Source: Longimicrobiales bacterium
GTDB lineage: Bacteria; Gemmatimonadota; Gemmatimonadetes; Longimicrobiales; Gaopeijiaceae
Direction of reading: 5' to 3'
DNA: 64,000 nt
Assembly (NCBI GenBank): GCA_965238005.1
Contig: OZ250165.1
Location: 3,744,001-3,808,000, forward strand
Within the stretch, counting starts at the first letter, position 1; the number at the start of each line of letters is the position of its first letter. Shown here one piece after another: positions 31,561-41,936 of this stretch. Under the pieces are notes generated by a model. That model worked only from the letters and a program-made list of their open reading frames with translations. It was not told the origin of the DNA and did not search any database. Made by a program: the position numbers and the translations under genes.

Positions 31561-33238
31561 AATCCCGGGTCTCGGCTCGGTGGAGGGGACTGTATCCCCG
31601 GACCTGCTTCAGCGTCGTCTTGGGAGGCATCGAGAGCTCGCCGGGATTCGTGAGCACATCCACCAGCACCGGGCCGTCCGTCTCGAGCGCGGACGCCACC
31701 GCCGATCTCAGTTCTCCCGGATCCTCCACGCGGATTCCTCGCGCGCCCATCGCCTCGGCGACCTTGGCGAAATTCGGATTCACTAGCTGCGTCCCGAAAT
31801 CACGGAGCCCAGCCACGTTCTGCTCGAGCTTGACCATCGCGAGCGAGCTGTTGTTGTAGACCACCACCTTTACCGGAAGCCGCGCCTGCACCAGCGTGAT
31901 GAAATCCCCCATCAGCATGGTGAACCCGCCGTCTCCCGAAAGTGAGATCACCTGGCGATCGGGATAGCAGAGCTGGGCTCCGATCGCCTGGGGAAGGGCA
32001 TTGGCCATCGAGCCGTGGGTAAAGGAGCCCAGCAGACGGCGCTCTCTGGTCATCTGCAGATACCGCGCCGCCCAGACCGTGCACATCCCGACATCCGCCG
32101 TGAACACCGCGTCGGGGCTGGCCAGCTCGCTCACGATGGTCGTCAGGCACTCGGGGTGGATCGGCTTGTCCTTCTTCGATTTCCGTACGTGCTCGTCCAG
32201 GCGTTTGCGTGCGGACACGTGTTGCTCGACCGCCTGATCCAGATGGCCTGAGTCTTCCTTCTCTGCCAGCAGAGGCAGGAGAGCCGCCAGCGTCTCCTTT
32301 ACATCGGCTTGGACTCCCAGGGTCAGGCCGCAGCGGCGTCCCAGGCGCTGCCCGTCGATGTCGACCTGGATGATAGTCTTTCCCTTGGGATACCAGTCGG
32401 CGTAGGGGAAATCCGTGCCCAGCATGAGGAGCACATCACAGCTTTCCAGCGCCTCGTAACCGGGTGAGAGACCAATCAAGCCCGTCATTCCCACGTCGTA
32501 GGGATTGTCGTAGGCGACATGCTCCTTGCCCCGGAGCGCGTGCACGATCGGAGCCTTGAGAGTGGCGGCAACCTCGAGGAGCTGACCGTGGGCGCCCGCG
32601 CACCCCGCGCCAGCGAGGATCGTGACCCTGGCCTTGCCGCTCAACAGCGCGGCGAGCTCGGCCAAGGTGTCGTCACACGGCTGGCTGCGCGAACAGTCCC
32701 CGGCGATGGGGTGCGCCAGATCCATGTCAGTCATCTGGGCCGGGGCGATATCTCCCGGCAGCACGATCACGGCGACCCCGCGCCGGCTGATTGCGGTCTG
32801 CATGGCGATCTGAAGCGTACGGGGCATCTGCCTGGGGGAGGAGATCAGCTCACTATAATGACTGCAGTCGACGAAGAGCCGGTCGGGATGGGACTCTTGG
32901 AAGAATCCGGTCCCGATCTCGGTGGAGGGGATGTGGCCCGCCAGCGCCAATACTGGCGCCAGGCTGCGCTGCGCATCGTACAGCCCGTTGACGAGGTGAA
33001 TACACCCGGGCCCGCTGCTCCCGGCGCATACGGCCAACCGACCGGTCAGCTGAGCTTCGGCCGCAGCGGCGAACGCGCCGGTTTCCTCGTGTCGGACGGA
33101 CACCCAATCCACATCGGGATGACGGCGCACGGCTTCGGTGACTCCGTTGAGTGAATCACCAACGATTCCGTACACCCGCTGCACGCCGGCTTGCGCGAGA
33201 GCGGAAACGATGTATTCGGACACTGATGGTTTCTTCAC
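31307..33238 (-). CDS. poxB: pyruvate oxidase/ubiquinone-dependent pyruvate dehydrogenase; C-terminus apparently replaced by deletion fusion
   Basis: [35 protein letters not shown]...NN; homology appears to end near 31590. Confidence 0.8.
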   Translation of the reverse strand: MKKPSVSEYIVSALAQAGVQRVYGIVGDSLNGVTEAVRRHPDVDWVSVRHEETGAFAAAAEAQLTGRLAVCAGSSGPGCIHLVNGLYDAQRSLAPVLALAGHIPSTEIGTGFFQESHPDRLFVDCSHYSELISSPRQMPRTLQIAMQTAISRRGVAVIVLPGDIAPAQMTDMDLAHPIAGDCSRSQPCDDTLAELAALLSGKARVTILAGAGCAGAHGQLLEVAATLKAPIVHALRGKEHVAYDNPYDVGMTGLIGLSPGYEALESCDVLLMLGTDFPYADWYPKGKTIIQVDIDGQRLGRRCGLTLGVQADVKETLAALLPLLAEKEDSGHLDQAVEQHVSARKRLDEHVRKSKKDKPIHPECLTTIVSELASPDAVFTADVGMCTVWAARYLQMTRERRLLGSFTHGSMANALPQAIGAQLCYPDRQVISLSGDGGFTMLMGDFITLVQARLPVKVVVYNNSSLAMVKLEQNVAGLRDFGTQLVNPNFAKVAEAMGARGIRVEDPGELRSAVASALETDGPVLVDVLTNPGELSMPPKTTLKQVRGYSPLHRAETRDSGRGDQGVSHAQVGVRARLSSDEGALGLYRQPHLGAVRIRVAGRERPVVPDPRQRTLGVRRGRSHAPPRHERERCSDSGVRAAL

Positions 33239-33328
33239 GGGGGTGCTCCTTGGAGGACGCTGGAGAACGTCGTAGAATACTGTGAACAACTGTAGCACCG
33301 GGAGCCATAGGACCCGAGCGCCTCGACT

Positions 33329-34033
33329 ATGAGCATCCTATCAGTGAACGTCTCGCTCCCGAAGGTCGTCGAGTACAGGGGCGGAAGAGTCGAGACAGGC
33401 ATCTTCAAGGATCCCGTCGCTGGGCCGTTGATGATGCGCGAGCTCAACCTGGTTGGGGATCGGCAGGCCGACCTCAGCGTGCACGGCGGCCGGGACAAAG
33501 CGGTCTATGTCTACTCAAGCGACTACTACGAGTACTGGAAGCAAGAGCTGCGGCGCGATGATCTCCGTTACGGCAACTTTGGAGAGAACCTCACCGTCGA
33601 GGGCCTGACAGACGAGGTCGTGCGCATTGGCGACGTCTTCAGGGTCGGAGACGCCACCGTTCAGGTCACGCAACCTCGCCTGCCTTGTTACAAGCTGGCC
33701 ATCAAGATGGAAGATCCAGCTTTTCCGAAGCTTTTTTTGGCCAGCCGTCGCACGGGGTTCTATCTCCGGGTACTAGCGGAAGGCGAGATCGGTGCTGGCG
33801 ACGAGTTCGAGCTCGTCGAGCGCGAGTCGGAGCCCCTCACGGTCCATGAGGTCGTTGAGTTGTTGTTCTTCGATCGGGGTAACCTCGATCGAGCCGAGGC
33901 AGCCTTGCGCGTGAGAGCCCTCCCTCGGGGGTGGCGCGATGAATTCGAGGAGCGTCTACGTAGAGCGGGCGTCTCTGTTGGGGCGGAGGCAGTCTTGGAT
34001 GACTGCTGCGGGCCCTCCGGCTTGACTTCGTAA
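33329..34033 (+). CDS. MOSC-domain protein (YiiM-like)
   Basis: TGIFK, GDRQADLSVHGG, FGENLT, QPRLPCYKL. Confidence 0.9.
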   Translation: MSILSVNVSLPKVVEYRGGRVETGIFKDPVAGPLMMRELNLVGDRQADLSVHGGRDKAVYVYSSDYYEYWKQELRRDDLRYGNFGENLTVEGLTDEVVRIGDVFRVGDATVQVTQPRLPCYKLAIKMEDPAFPKLFLASRRTGFYLRVLAEGEIGAGDEFELVERESEPLTVHEVVELLFFDRGNLDRAEAALRVRALPRGWRDEFEERLRRAGVSVGAEAVLDDCCGPSGLTS

Positions 34034-34056
34034 ACCGACATATCCAGCGGTCGTAA

Positions 34057-34633
34057 TCAACCCCCCCCCGCCTAGCTGGCCGGTGTACAGGTAGTCGTTC
34101 GCCTGCATGGCCGTGTGGCAGTTGGTGCAGCCCGGCAGTCGCCCTTCCATAGCCATTCCGCCAGGCGTTCGATCCAGCTCGCCGCTGGCGAGATGCTTGG
34201 TGAAGAACCAGTCGTTCACGTCGGGGTTGTAACCCCCCACCTTGAACATGGTCGTGACGGCGGCCAGGGTGCTGTCGGGCATGTAGTTCTCTTTCACGAT
34301 GATGGCTCCCGGCGCCATGCTTGACGCCCCCGAATTCAGCGCCTGCAGAGCAACGTCGTTCAGATAGGTGGTCAGGAGCATGCCGTGCGGCTCTTGCCCG
34401 GTATACAGTTCGCCCTTCTCCGGCCACAGGGTCCAGGTGCTTCGGTAGTCCGACTGCTGGAGATGGGCCCAGATGGCCGCTCCAGTAGTGTCGGCTTCAG
34501 CTACGATCGATGCCTGGGGCGTCGGCTCCGCCTCCTCGCCTTCAGGTCCGTCCGACGGACCGCAGCCCCCGGCGGCGAGAGCTACCAGGCCGATCGTCAG
34601 AAACAGGAGCCCCTTGGACGTGCTCATAGACAT
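34057..34633 (-). CDS. cytochrome P460-family c-type heme lipoprotein
   Basis: Lipobox-like AGGC; PGAIIVKENY; DWFF; C-terminal CTNCH; stop probably shifted by the G-run at 34061-34070. Confidence 0.8.
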
Positions 34634-34873
34634 TCCCCCGGATGACGGAACGGCTGTCACCCCCCGGTCCGCTGCCCGGACCAGAGGGTCCAGCTCGCGG
34701 AAATGTACGAAAGCCTTAGGACATCCAGCAAGGGCGTTGCCGCGCAGAGTGCGCTCAACGACGTCGTCGAGCCCGTGGACCGCAGAACGTGTACCGCGGT
34801 CATGGTGACGCCGGTTTGGACGTCGATCTCCTCCTCCACGAGGTAGTCGCGGAGCAGGGCGCTCAGTTCGGGC

Positions 34874-35341
34874 CTAGAAAACGGTCGCGAACGAAGTGCC
34901 CAGCACGGCACGGATATCCCAATCCACGAGAGATCCCGGCACCGTGTGAAGACGATGGGTGAACTGCAGCTGGCGGGAACCCATGGCCTCCGCGACCAGA
35001 ATCAGGTTGCCCAGCTCAGCCCCCAGGTGGAAGGGGATCTCGAAGCGGGCCGTGCCCAGCCCCGTGACGTTGCCGAGGGGCCAACGGCCCCGGTAGGTCG
35101 CGGTCTCCACTACGTAGATCCGCACGTCCAACCAGTTGTCGTTCGTCACCTGGACCGTGACCGGCTCGCCGAATCGGTCAGGAGCCCGTTCGTTCTCGAT
35201 GACTGGAACGCCCTGGGCCTCGAAGCGCCTGAGCGCCTCCTCCAGTTTTTGGGTCTGTGCCTGTAATGGCACCACCGCCGAACCTCCGACGAACAGCGCT
35301 AGTAACGCAGTGTAAAGTGTGTGCCTAGTCATTGTAATCAT
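34874..35341 (-). CDS. secreted hypothetical protein
   Basis: AGGAG RBS, signal peptide; VTVQVTNDNWLDVRIYV. Confidence 0.65.
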   Translation of the reverse strand: MITMTRHTLYTALLALFVGGSAVVPLQAQTQKLEEALRRFEAQGVPVIENERAPDRFGEPVTVQVTNDNWLDVRIYVVETATYRGRWPLGNVTGLGTARFEIPFHLGAELGNLILVAEAMGSRQLQFTHRLHTVPGSLVDWDIRAVLGTSFATVF

Positions 35342-35466
35342 CTCCTCACTACATCTATGGTCAACCGCCGGTTCTATAGGCGGTGCTAATCTCCTACGAC
35401 TTGTTAGTGAGTGAGCGAAGGGCGGAATTTATTACACTCGTCATCGAACCCACACGGGGAGCACCT

Positions 35467-35724
35467 TTGGAAGACCTCGATGCCTTCCTGAGTAGCTACG
35501 GCTACTGGGTGTTCTTCGCCGTGGGCTTCGCCGAGTTCGTTGGAGTGCCCATCGTCAGCGTGCCGGTGCTCATCGGGGGAGGGGCGATGGTCGCCTCAGG
35601 GACCCTCGGCTTTTGGGAGGTGGTGGTCCTGATGCTGGTCGTCCTTGCTGCAGCCTGGCGGCTATGGAAAGTGCGCTTCCACAAGGAAGTGCACCGCCGC
35701 ATGAATCCGACAGCACCCGCTTGA
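35467..35724 (+). pseudogene. internally deleted DedA/VTT-family membrane protein
   Basis: SYGYWVFFAVGFAEFVGVPI...LIGGGAM N-terminus joined directly to a final helix. Confidence 0.55.
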
Positions 35725-35840
35725 GCCGGGCGCCCCCCAAGCGCGGGGCAGCCGCCCGCGCCGGGAAGAGCTGGCGCCGCTTCGGACGCGCTCCCCCCGA
35801 CGCATTCGGCGTCCGCGCATTTTGCTTCAGTTAGCGGTCG

Positions 35841-36275
35841 CTAGGGAACCGGAGCGACATCGCGTCGATGGAGCCAGGTGTAAACCAGGCCGAGGATGCT
35901 GCCGTACATCAGGTGACCGACCAGGCTGGGGAGCATGGTCGCAGCAGCGGCGGCATTCCAGTTAACGCCGAAGCCCATCCCCATGAAGAGTGGCATCAAG
36001 GTGAGGGGTCCCAGGATCCACCAGGCCCCACCGTATACGAGGCCGGCCCCCAGACCGCTGCGAATCCCGCTCACGAACCGACCGAGTACAATAGCGAAGC
36101 CGATCCCGATGATTACGCTGTTCGCCATGTGCACAGCGAAACCGGCAGCGGCCGTCGGTTGGCCGACCATGCTTCCGATCATCGGAAGCATGCCCATCAT
36201 TCCCATCATCCCTCCGAAGATCAAACCGCCGGCGACACCGCCGTAGGCGCCCAACTTCAGTTCTCTCGTGCTCAT
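35841..36275 (-). CDS. Met/Gly-rich four-TM membrane protein
   Basis: GMMGMMGMLPMIG, GFAVHM, SLVGHLMYG; resembles 48405-48842. Confidence 0.75.
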   Translation of the reverse strand: MSTRELKLGAYGGVAGGLIFGGMMGMMGMLPMIGSMVGQPTAAAGFAVHMANSVIIGIGFAIVLGRFVSGIRSGLGAGLVYGGAWWILGPLTLMPLFMGMGFGVNWNAAAAATMLPSLVGHLMYGSILGLVYTWLHRRDVAPVP

Positions 36276-36461
36276 TTCTATTTCCTCGTCGAGTACGTTC
36301 TTTAGGGATCGGAAAATCCAGCCAGACCATCAACCGGACTCCGTGACTTGCCAGTGAGTGGGCGAAGGGGGCATTTCATTACAGTGGCGCGTGAGCCTCC
36401 CACGTTCGGAAAATGGCCTCACGCTCGAGCTCGACTTCCTCAGGCCCGAGGGCTGTAACCC

Positions 36462-37310
36462 GTGGACACGTTCTCGCAGTTATGGTGGGTCTTTCCGGCG
36501 TCCATCGTGTTCTCGACCGTGGCGATCGGTTCGGGAGTGTCCGGGGCACTCTTCTTCAGCCCGTTCTTTATGCTGGTGGTGGGTCTCACACCCGTACAGG
36601 CTGTAGGTGCGGGCCTCCTGACTGAAGTCTTTGGGATGGGTAATGGCCTTCGCTCTTATGTGAGGGCCAAGCTCGTGGACTACGCGACCGCCCGGTGGCT
36701 TTTGTTGGGCAGCATTCCCGCTGTAGTCCTGGGCGCGGTAGGCGCCGACATGGTGTCGGACCGGATCCTCAAAGGGATCTTTGGAACTGGACTGTTGGTG
36801 CTATCTGCGTTTCTGATACTCGTCCGCTCGCCGGAGGAGTGCGAGCCTGGTGACAGACCGGTGGCCTTGATTGACGCCAAGTCCGAGGGCAGAGGGACGA
36901 CCGTGGTGCGAGCCCGCGACGGGTCAGTCTACCAGTATCCCACGTGTTGGAGACTACCGGGTGTAATGATGGCGGCGGTGGGCGGTGTCCTTACCGGAAT
37001 GATCAGCGCCGGCCTGCCTGAAATCTCGACCACGCAGCTCGTGGTGCGCTGCCGAATGCCACCGCGCGTCGCGATCGCGACCAGCGTCTTTACGCTAGCG
37101 GTCGTGGCAGCCGTAGGCGCCGGGATTCATGCTCTCTCGGCGCAACCGGTGTGGCAGGTCGTGGGCTGGAGTATCCCTGGTGTCTTGATCGGGAGCACCA
37201 TCGGGAGCCGAGTGGGCAAATACCTCCCGGCACAGACTATGGAAAAAGGCTTGGGGGTTGTCTTCGGGGGCGTGGGAATTCTCGTTCTCGTCCTCGAGTT
37301 CATGGTGTAG
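36462..37310 (+). CDS. TauE/SafE-family sulfite exporter
   Basis: GSGVSGALFFSP; multiple TMs; AIATSVF, GSTIGSRV. Confidence 0.8.
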   Translation: MDTFSQLWWVFPASIVFSTVAIGSGVSGALFFSPFFMLVVGLTPVQAVGAGLLTEVFGMGNGLRSYVRAKLVDYATARWLLLGSIPAVVLGAVGADMVSDRILKGIFGTGLLVLSAFLILVRSPEECEPGDRPVALIDAKSEGRGTTVVRARDGSVYQYPTCWRLPGVMMAAVGGVLTGMISAGLPEISTTQLVVRCRMPPRVAIATSVFTLAVVAAVGAGIHALSAQPVWQVVGWSIPGVLIGSTIGSRVGKYLPAQTMEKGLGVVFGGVGILVLVLEFMV

Positions 37311-37364
37311 GCGAACCCGCCTGGAACATGGAGGTCGTGAACTGGATCGGTAGTGGATGCTCGT

Positions 37365-38201
37365 ATGTGTAGGCTTTATTGATTCAGGGCCAATGCGCCG
37401 TCGAAAGTGGACTGCTCGCTAGTGAAAGCCCAGAATGCGCTTCTCGAGCAGAGCCGTCGTGACGAGCGCGGCCTGGAAAACGCGGACGGCTGGGGAATCG
37501 CCTACTACCCCAACGGAACGCCGAACGTGCTGAAGCGCTACACCGCGGCGCATGCCGATGTGGAGTTCAGCGAGGCGGCAACCGAGATCGCGGCGCCGAC
37601 CCTCATTGCCCACGTGCGGCGGGCGACCGTCGGACGGTCACAGATCGAGAACACCCATCCTTTCTTACGGGGCCGCTGGACTTTCGCGCACAACGGCACG
37701 GTGACCGCCTTCGAGCGGGTAGCGCCCAGGCTGGAGGCGGAAACCGAGCCGCGGCTTCTCGGCGAGCGTCGGGGAACGACCGATAGCGAGCTGCTTTTCC
37801 TCTGGCTACTCGGACGCCTCGCGGCGGAGGGAATCGATCTCGATTCGCCGCTGGACGACCTCGACAGGACGCTCGAGATCTTCGCCGGGTCGGTGGCGCG
37901 AGCGGCCGAGCTATCGAACGCCGAGGGCGCCGAGGAGGAAGCCAAGCTCAACCTGCTGCTGACCGATGGGCACGCCCTGATGGCCTCGCGCCGGGGCAAC
38001 TCGCTCCACGTTCTCCAGCGCGAGGGCGTGCAGGACTGCGAGATCTGCGGCATCTGCCACGTCGACGCGCCCCACCGGGAGGGGTATCGCGCCGCGATCG
38101 CGGCCTCCGAGCCGATCACGAGCGAGGCCTGGCGGCCGGTGCCGGAACGGAGTGTGCTGGCGATCGATGCCGATATCGGCGTCCTGTTTGCCAGCATCTA
38201 G
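37365..38201 (+). pseudogene. class II glutamine amidotransferase (EgtC/YafJ-like) with TGA at codon 6
   Basis: MCRLY*FRAN (TGA 37380-37382); ADGWGIAYY, AHVRRAT, NTHPF, FAHNG, GTTDSE. Confidence 0.8.
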
Positions 38202-38302
38202 CTCGGCGATCGAGTGTGCACCCCCTACTGTGTTAGTTCAACGCCCCTTAAAGGGGGGTGAGGGCCTCTGAGCTCTGCCAGATAGTTAGGTGCGGGGTGT
38301 TC

Positions 38303-38518
38303 CTAGTCGCCGGCTTCGTACCTGAAGGAGACCTTGACCTTCGCGCGGTAGCTCTGAACGGCACCGTCCCTGAGCTGCAGGTCCAGCTCTGAGACCTCCG
38401 CCACACGCAGGTCCCGCAGTGACTGGGAAGCACGTTGGACGGCTGCTGCCGCAGCCTTCTCCCACGACTCAGTAGAGGTTCCTACTAGCTCGATCACTTT
38501 GTACACACTTTCAGCCAT
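38303..38518 (-). CDS. dodecin flavin-binding protein
   Basis: VYKVIELVGTSTESWEKA...YRAKVKVSF. Confidence 0.92.
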   Translation of the reverse strand: MAESVYKVIELVGTSTESWEKAAAAAVQRASQSLRDLRVAEVSELDLQLRDGAVQSYRAKVKVSFRYEAGD

Positions 38519-38686
38519 CTTCTTTTCTCCTCCCCAGCAATGTGGCCGCCACGTAACGGATTCAGATGCTGCGCGACCAGTGTGTCTACCCACGGCGCGA
38601 GCTGACCTTATAAAGCGGATGGCCCTCCGGAGCCGAGCGAAGTACGCTAATCTAATCTGCGGCCGCTCAACATCAGGAGGCCAACC

Positions 38687-38848
38687 ATGTCGGTCGCAGG
38701 CATTGACCTACAGGCAACGTACGTGGTGGTCACGATCGTGAGCAACAAAGGATCGATCATCCAGAAGCCGCGCCGGATCCGCAACATCGAGGCCGATCGG
38801 CTCGTCGAACTCCTCGAGGCCCACAAGCCGCTCGAGGTTGTCGTCGAA
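38687..38848 (+). mobile_element. IS110-family recombinase N-terminal remnant
   Basis: AGGAGG RBS; MSVAGIDL...VVVE resembles the first two DEDD residues; truncated after about 54 codons. Confidence 0.55.
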
Positions 38849-38877
38849 CTAGGAGGGTGTGACGTGTTCGTCAGCGT

Positions 38878-39195
38878 CTAGCGCGGATCGGTTTGTTCTG
38901 CCGGAGGTTCGGGGTTGCGACCGCGCCCGTCCTCAATATTCTCATCCGATGCATCGAGGCATCGCTCCAGGATCGAGCTTTCAAGCTTCTCGAAGCTTGC
39001 TCTGTCCGCCACGCCCGAGTCCCACCGGTCCCGCGCAGCAGCCCCGATGGCTCGAAGCTGAGCCGCGTAGCCTCGGCAGTCGCGGCACCTGAGGAAGTGG
39101 AACCGGACAAGAGCCCGGCTCAACCATGCGGCGTCGGCGAGCTCCTCGCTGGCAAAGAGGCGCGCAACTTCTTTACAGTTCGGCATGTTGATCAT
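38878..39195 (-). CDS. zinc-binding anti-sigma factor (ZAS-like)
   Basis: CKEV...HFLRCRDC (HxxxCxxC); overlaps the ECF stop. Confidence 0.75.
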   Translation of the reverse strand: MINMPNCKEVARLFASEELADAAWLSRALVRFHFLRCRDCRGYAAQLRAIGAAARDRWDSGVADRASFEKLESSILERCLDASDENIEDGRGRNPEPPAEQTDPR

Positions 39196-39806
39196 GGCTC
39201 GATACCCTTGGCTTCCAGGCATTCCCGCAGGCGATTGCGGACCCGATGCAGAAGGACTCCTAGGTTGGTGCGCGTGACCTCCAGAATCTTACAGATTTCT
39301 AGGGTATCCATCCCTTCGATCTCACGCAGGACGAAGGCCATCCGCTGGTTGGTTGGAACCCGGTCCAGACAGCCGTCAATTCCCCTCCGCACCTCGGCAT
39401 CGTAGACCTCCGCGTCCACCGGGAGCGGTGGCCGCGTCCAGCTCCCGGCGTCATCAAACCGCTGCTCGAAGACTTCCTCGATGTCGTCCATCTCATTGTC
39501 GCGCCGCAGATTCCGCCGCGCTGCGGCAATCTTCTTGTACAGGATGCCGAACAGCCAGGTCCGGACATGGGATCGGCCCTCAAATCGGGGCGCCGTCTCG
39601 ATGAAGGTGACGAAGGTGTCCTGCGCGACGTCCTCGGCCAGTTGAGGGGCGAAGCCGGCACCGCGGGCGGCGCGGAGGATTTGGGGGAGATAACGGCGAA
39701 CGACCTCCTCGAGCGCTTGGGCATCGCGCTCCCTGATCCGCGCCGCAAAGCCGGGATCGTCCACGGACGTAGCTCTCGCTGCGCCACTCGTTGTCGTGTC
39801 CGCCAC
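39192..39806 (-). CDS. ECF sigma factor
   Basis: AEDVAQDTF, RTWLFGI, EICKILEVTRTNLGVLLHRVR. Confidence 0.92.
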   Translation of the reverse strand: MADTTTSGAARATSVDDPGFAARIRERDAQALEEVVRRYLPQILRAARGAGFAPQLAEDVAQDTFVTFIETAPRFEGRSHVRTWLFGILYKKIAAARRNLRRDNEMDDIEEVFEQRFDDAGSWTRPPLPVDAEVYDAEVRRGIDGCLDRVPTNQRMAFVLREIEGMDTLEICKILEVTRTNLGVLLHRVRNRLRECLEAKGIEP

Positions 39807-39853
39807 TCAATCCTCGGCAATCGGGGTGCAAGAGATCGAGTGATTCCAGTATC

Positions 39854-40522
39854 TCAGTCGGCTCCGACCGCTTCGGACGCGTCCCCCGACTGTTCCATCG
39901 CCTCGACGGCCTCCTCGGTTGTGACCACCGCGTTGGCCATGAACTTGAAGTTGGTCACCCCGGCGGTGTAGCCGTCGCCCAGATCAGGCGTGACCGCGGC
40001 GGCGGTGGCGTCCTTCACAACCATCACCTCGAAACCCTGCTCCAAGAGCTCCCGCATGTGGGCCTCGACACACAGGTTGGCCGACATGCCGCCCAGGACC
40101 ACCCTGCCGATGCCGCGCTTGCGGAGCTGCAGCACCAGATCGTTGTTCTCTGGACCGTAGACCTTGTGCGGACTCGCCACAACGGTTTGGCCGTCGTCGA
40201 TGTAGGGCTTGTAGCGCTCTAGCCAGTCGGCCCCCGAGCCTTCGAAGTCGTCGAGATTCAGGGCACCCTTCCGGTCGAACATGTGAATGTCGTGCATCAC
40301 CTTCTCGAGCGTGCCCTCGAACTTCCAGCCGTGATCGGTCGGGAAGTAGTAGTGGGGCGAGATGAAGACCTGAATCTCGTTCTCCTTCGCTGCCCTGAAG
40401 AGGGCTTCGATGTTCTCGACGGTCCCGTTCTCGGTCACGCTCTCGCCGACCAGGTCCCAGGTCGCCCCTTCGGGACTCAGAAAGTCGTTCTGTGGATCCG
40501 TGATCAGCAGTGCCGTGTTTTG
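39854..40522 (-). pseudogene. isochorismatase-family cysteine hydrolase with N-terminus lost or replaced
   Basis: TALLITDPQNDF, GMSANLCVEAH; fused to a GNAT fragment. Confidence 0.75.
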
Positions 40523-40524
40523 AG

Positions 40525-40732
40525 ACCTGCGGCCACCATCATAAGCCTCGCGGTAGCCACTGGCACCCCTGCATCGAGTACGAGCACGTGGGAGGCCGAT
40601 TGATCCGCACCGTCGATGTTGATCTCGCGCGGAAACCCTCTGTTCCTCTTCGAGCACTCTTACTCTGATCTCTTGGGCCTGCTTGAGCTCCTCAGCGGTG
40701 CTCACTTCCCTGATCGTAATCAGGCTTTTCAT
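40525..40732 (-). pseudogene. N-terminal half of a GNAT (ElaA/YjcF-like) acetyltransferase
   Basis: EELKQAQEIRVRVLEEEQ|FPREINIDGADQSASHVLVLDAGVPVATARL across a 1-nt shift. Confidence 0.7.
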
Positions 40733-40796
40733 GCCTCGGGGTACTCCTGGTGCCGAACGTCGGACATCTTGATCTCCCTCCTTTCATGTGTTCGTG

Positions 40797-41876
40797 GCGT
40801 TGGTGCATGGCTCCGAACTGAGAACAGATCCCCCCTCTCCTGAGCGGAAATCACTCCACGCGGTAGCTGTCCGGCATCCCAAGCAGCGTCATCGTATTGA
40901 GGATTTTGCTCGCCAGGTGTACTCGACTCGTTGTCCGTCGAAGGTTCGACTTCTCATACTTCGACCGATGATCGTCTTGTATCGGAAGACGGTATTCTCC
41001 ACCAGGCTGCGCGTGCTGTAGCCTGAGCGCGTATGCCACTCGCGTCGACCGAGTTCCCGGATTGAGCGGATGTTGCGATTCCTCTCCTTCTGTGCGGCCG
41101 AGGGCCTCGGATTCAGTTGGGCGTCGCGTCCAGGTGGAATGAGCAGTCTCACAGCGTGTCCTTCACCCTTCACCTAGGCCGCTTCGTAGACGGCCACCGC
41201 GTCGTAGGCCCCATCGGCCGAGACGGAGGCTACCGGATCGTCGATCTGCTCGATGAGGACAGGTACCCGAGCACAGTCAGCTGCCCGACGACCGGTCAGA
41301 TCCGGGGCGACGATCTCACCGGTACGGGCATCAACCGCGAGGTGCAGCTTCCTCCAATCCCTGTTCTTTGGCGGTTTCCGTAGATGCCCGACGTGAATCC
41401 TGAGCCCCGTACTGTCGATGAGTAGGTGGATCGGTCGATCCGTGGCGAGCCTCCGGAACTGGATCTCGCCGAGCTTCTGAAGCCGCCGGGACAGGGTCGT
41501 GTGATCAGGAATCGGGAGATCCAACTCGAGCAGCTGGGCCAGCGACCGGAGGAAGCCCTCGGTCTGGCGAAGCGGAAGATGAAAGACCATGCGGATCGTC
41601 AGAGCAGTCTCGATTGCGATGTCCGCATAGGTGCGCTGGCCGCGGGGTTTGGCGCTGGCCGGAGCACGCCAGGCATCGAGCGCGGCATCGGAGAGCTAGA
41701 CGGTCAGGTCGCCACGCTTCTGGAGGCCCGCTTCGTACTCCGCCCAATTCCGCACCCGATATCGAGACTTCGCGGACTTGCACTGGCTGCGCTTCGGATA
41801 CTTCATGAGTGATGGCTCCGGCCCGGGGATGTTCCGTCCTCATCAGGTAGCCAAACCTGGAGCCATGCACCAACGC
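40797..41876 (-). mobile_element. IS5-family (IS903-like) element with inactivated transposase
   Basis: Perfect 18-bp TIR GCGTTGGTGCATGGCTCC (40797-40814/41859-41876); tnp 41806 to ~40851 with NWAEYE, PDHTTLSRR, IDSTG, ADGAYD; TAGs at 41698 and 41176; no TSD seen. Confidence 0.9.
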
Positions 41877-41936
41877 ACCTTTGCTTCGCCGTTGACGGTT
41901 GGATATCGTGACAACCACCATCCCGGAGACCCAGTC

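Noticed and set aside
29940..37382. In-frame TGA codons as selenocysteine or an alternative genetic code
   Set aside because: They sit at positions normally Arg (CGA) and Gly (GGA), not Cys or one consistent residue, and TGA is the normal stop for many genes here
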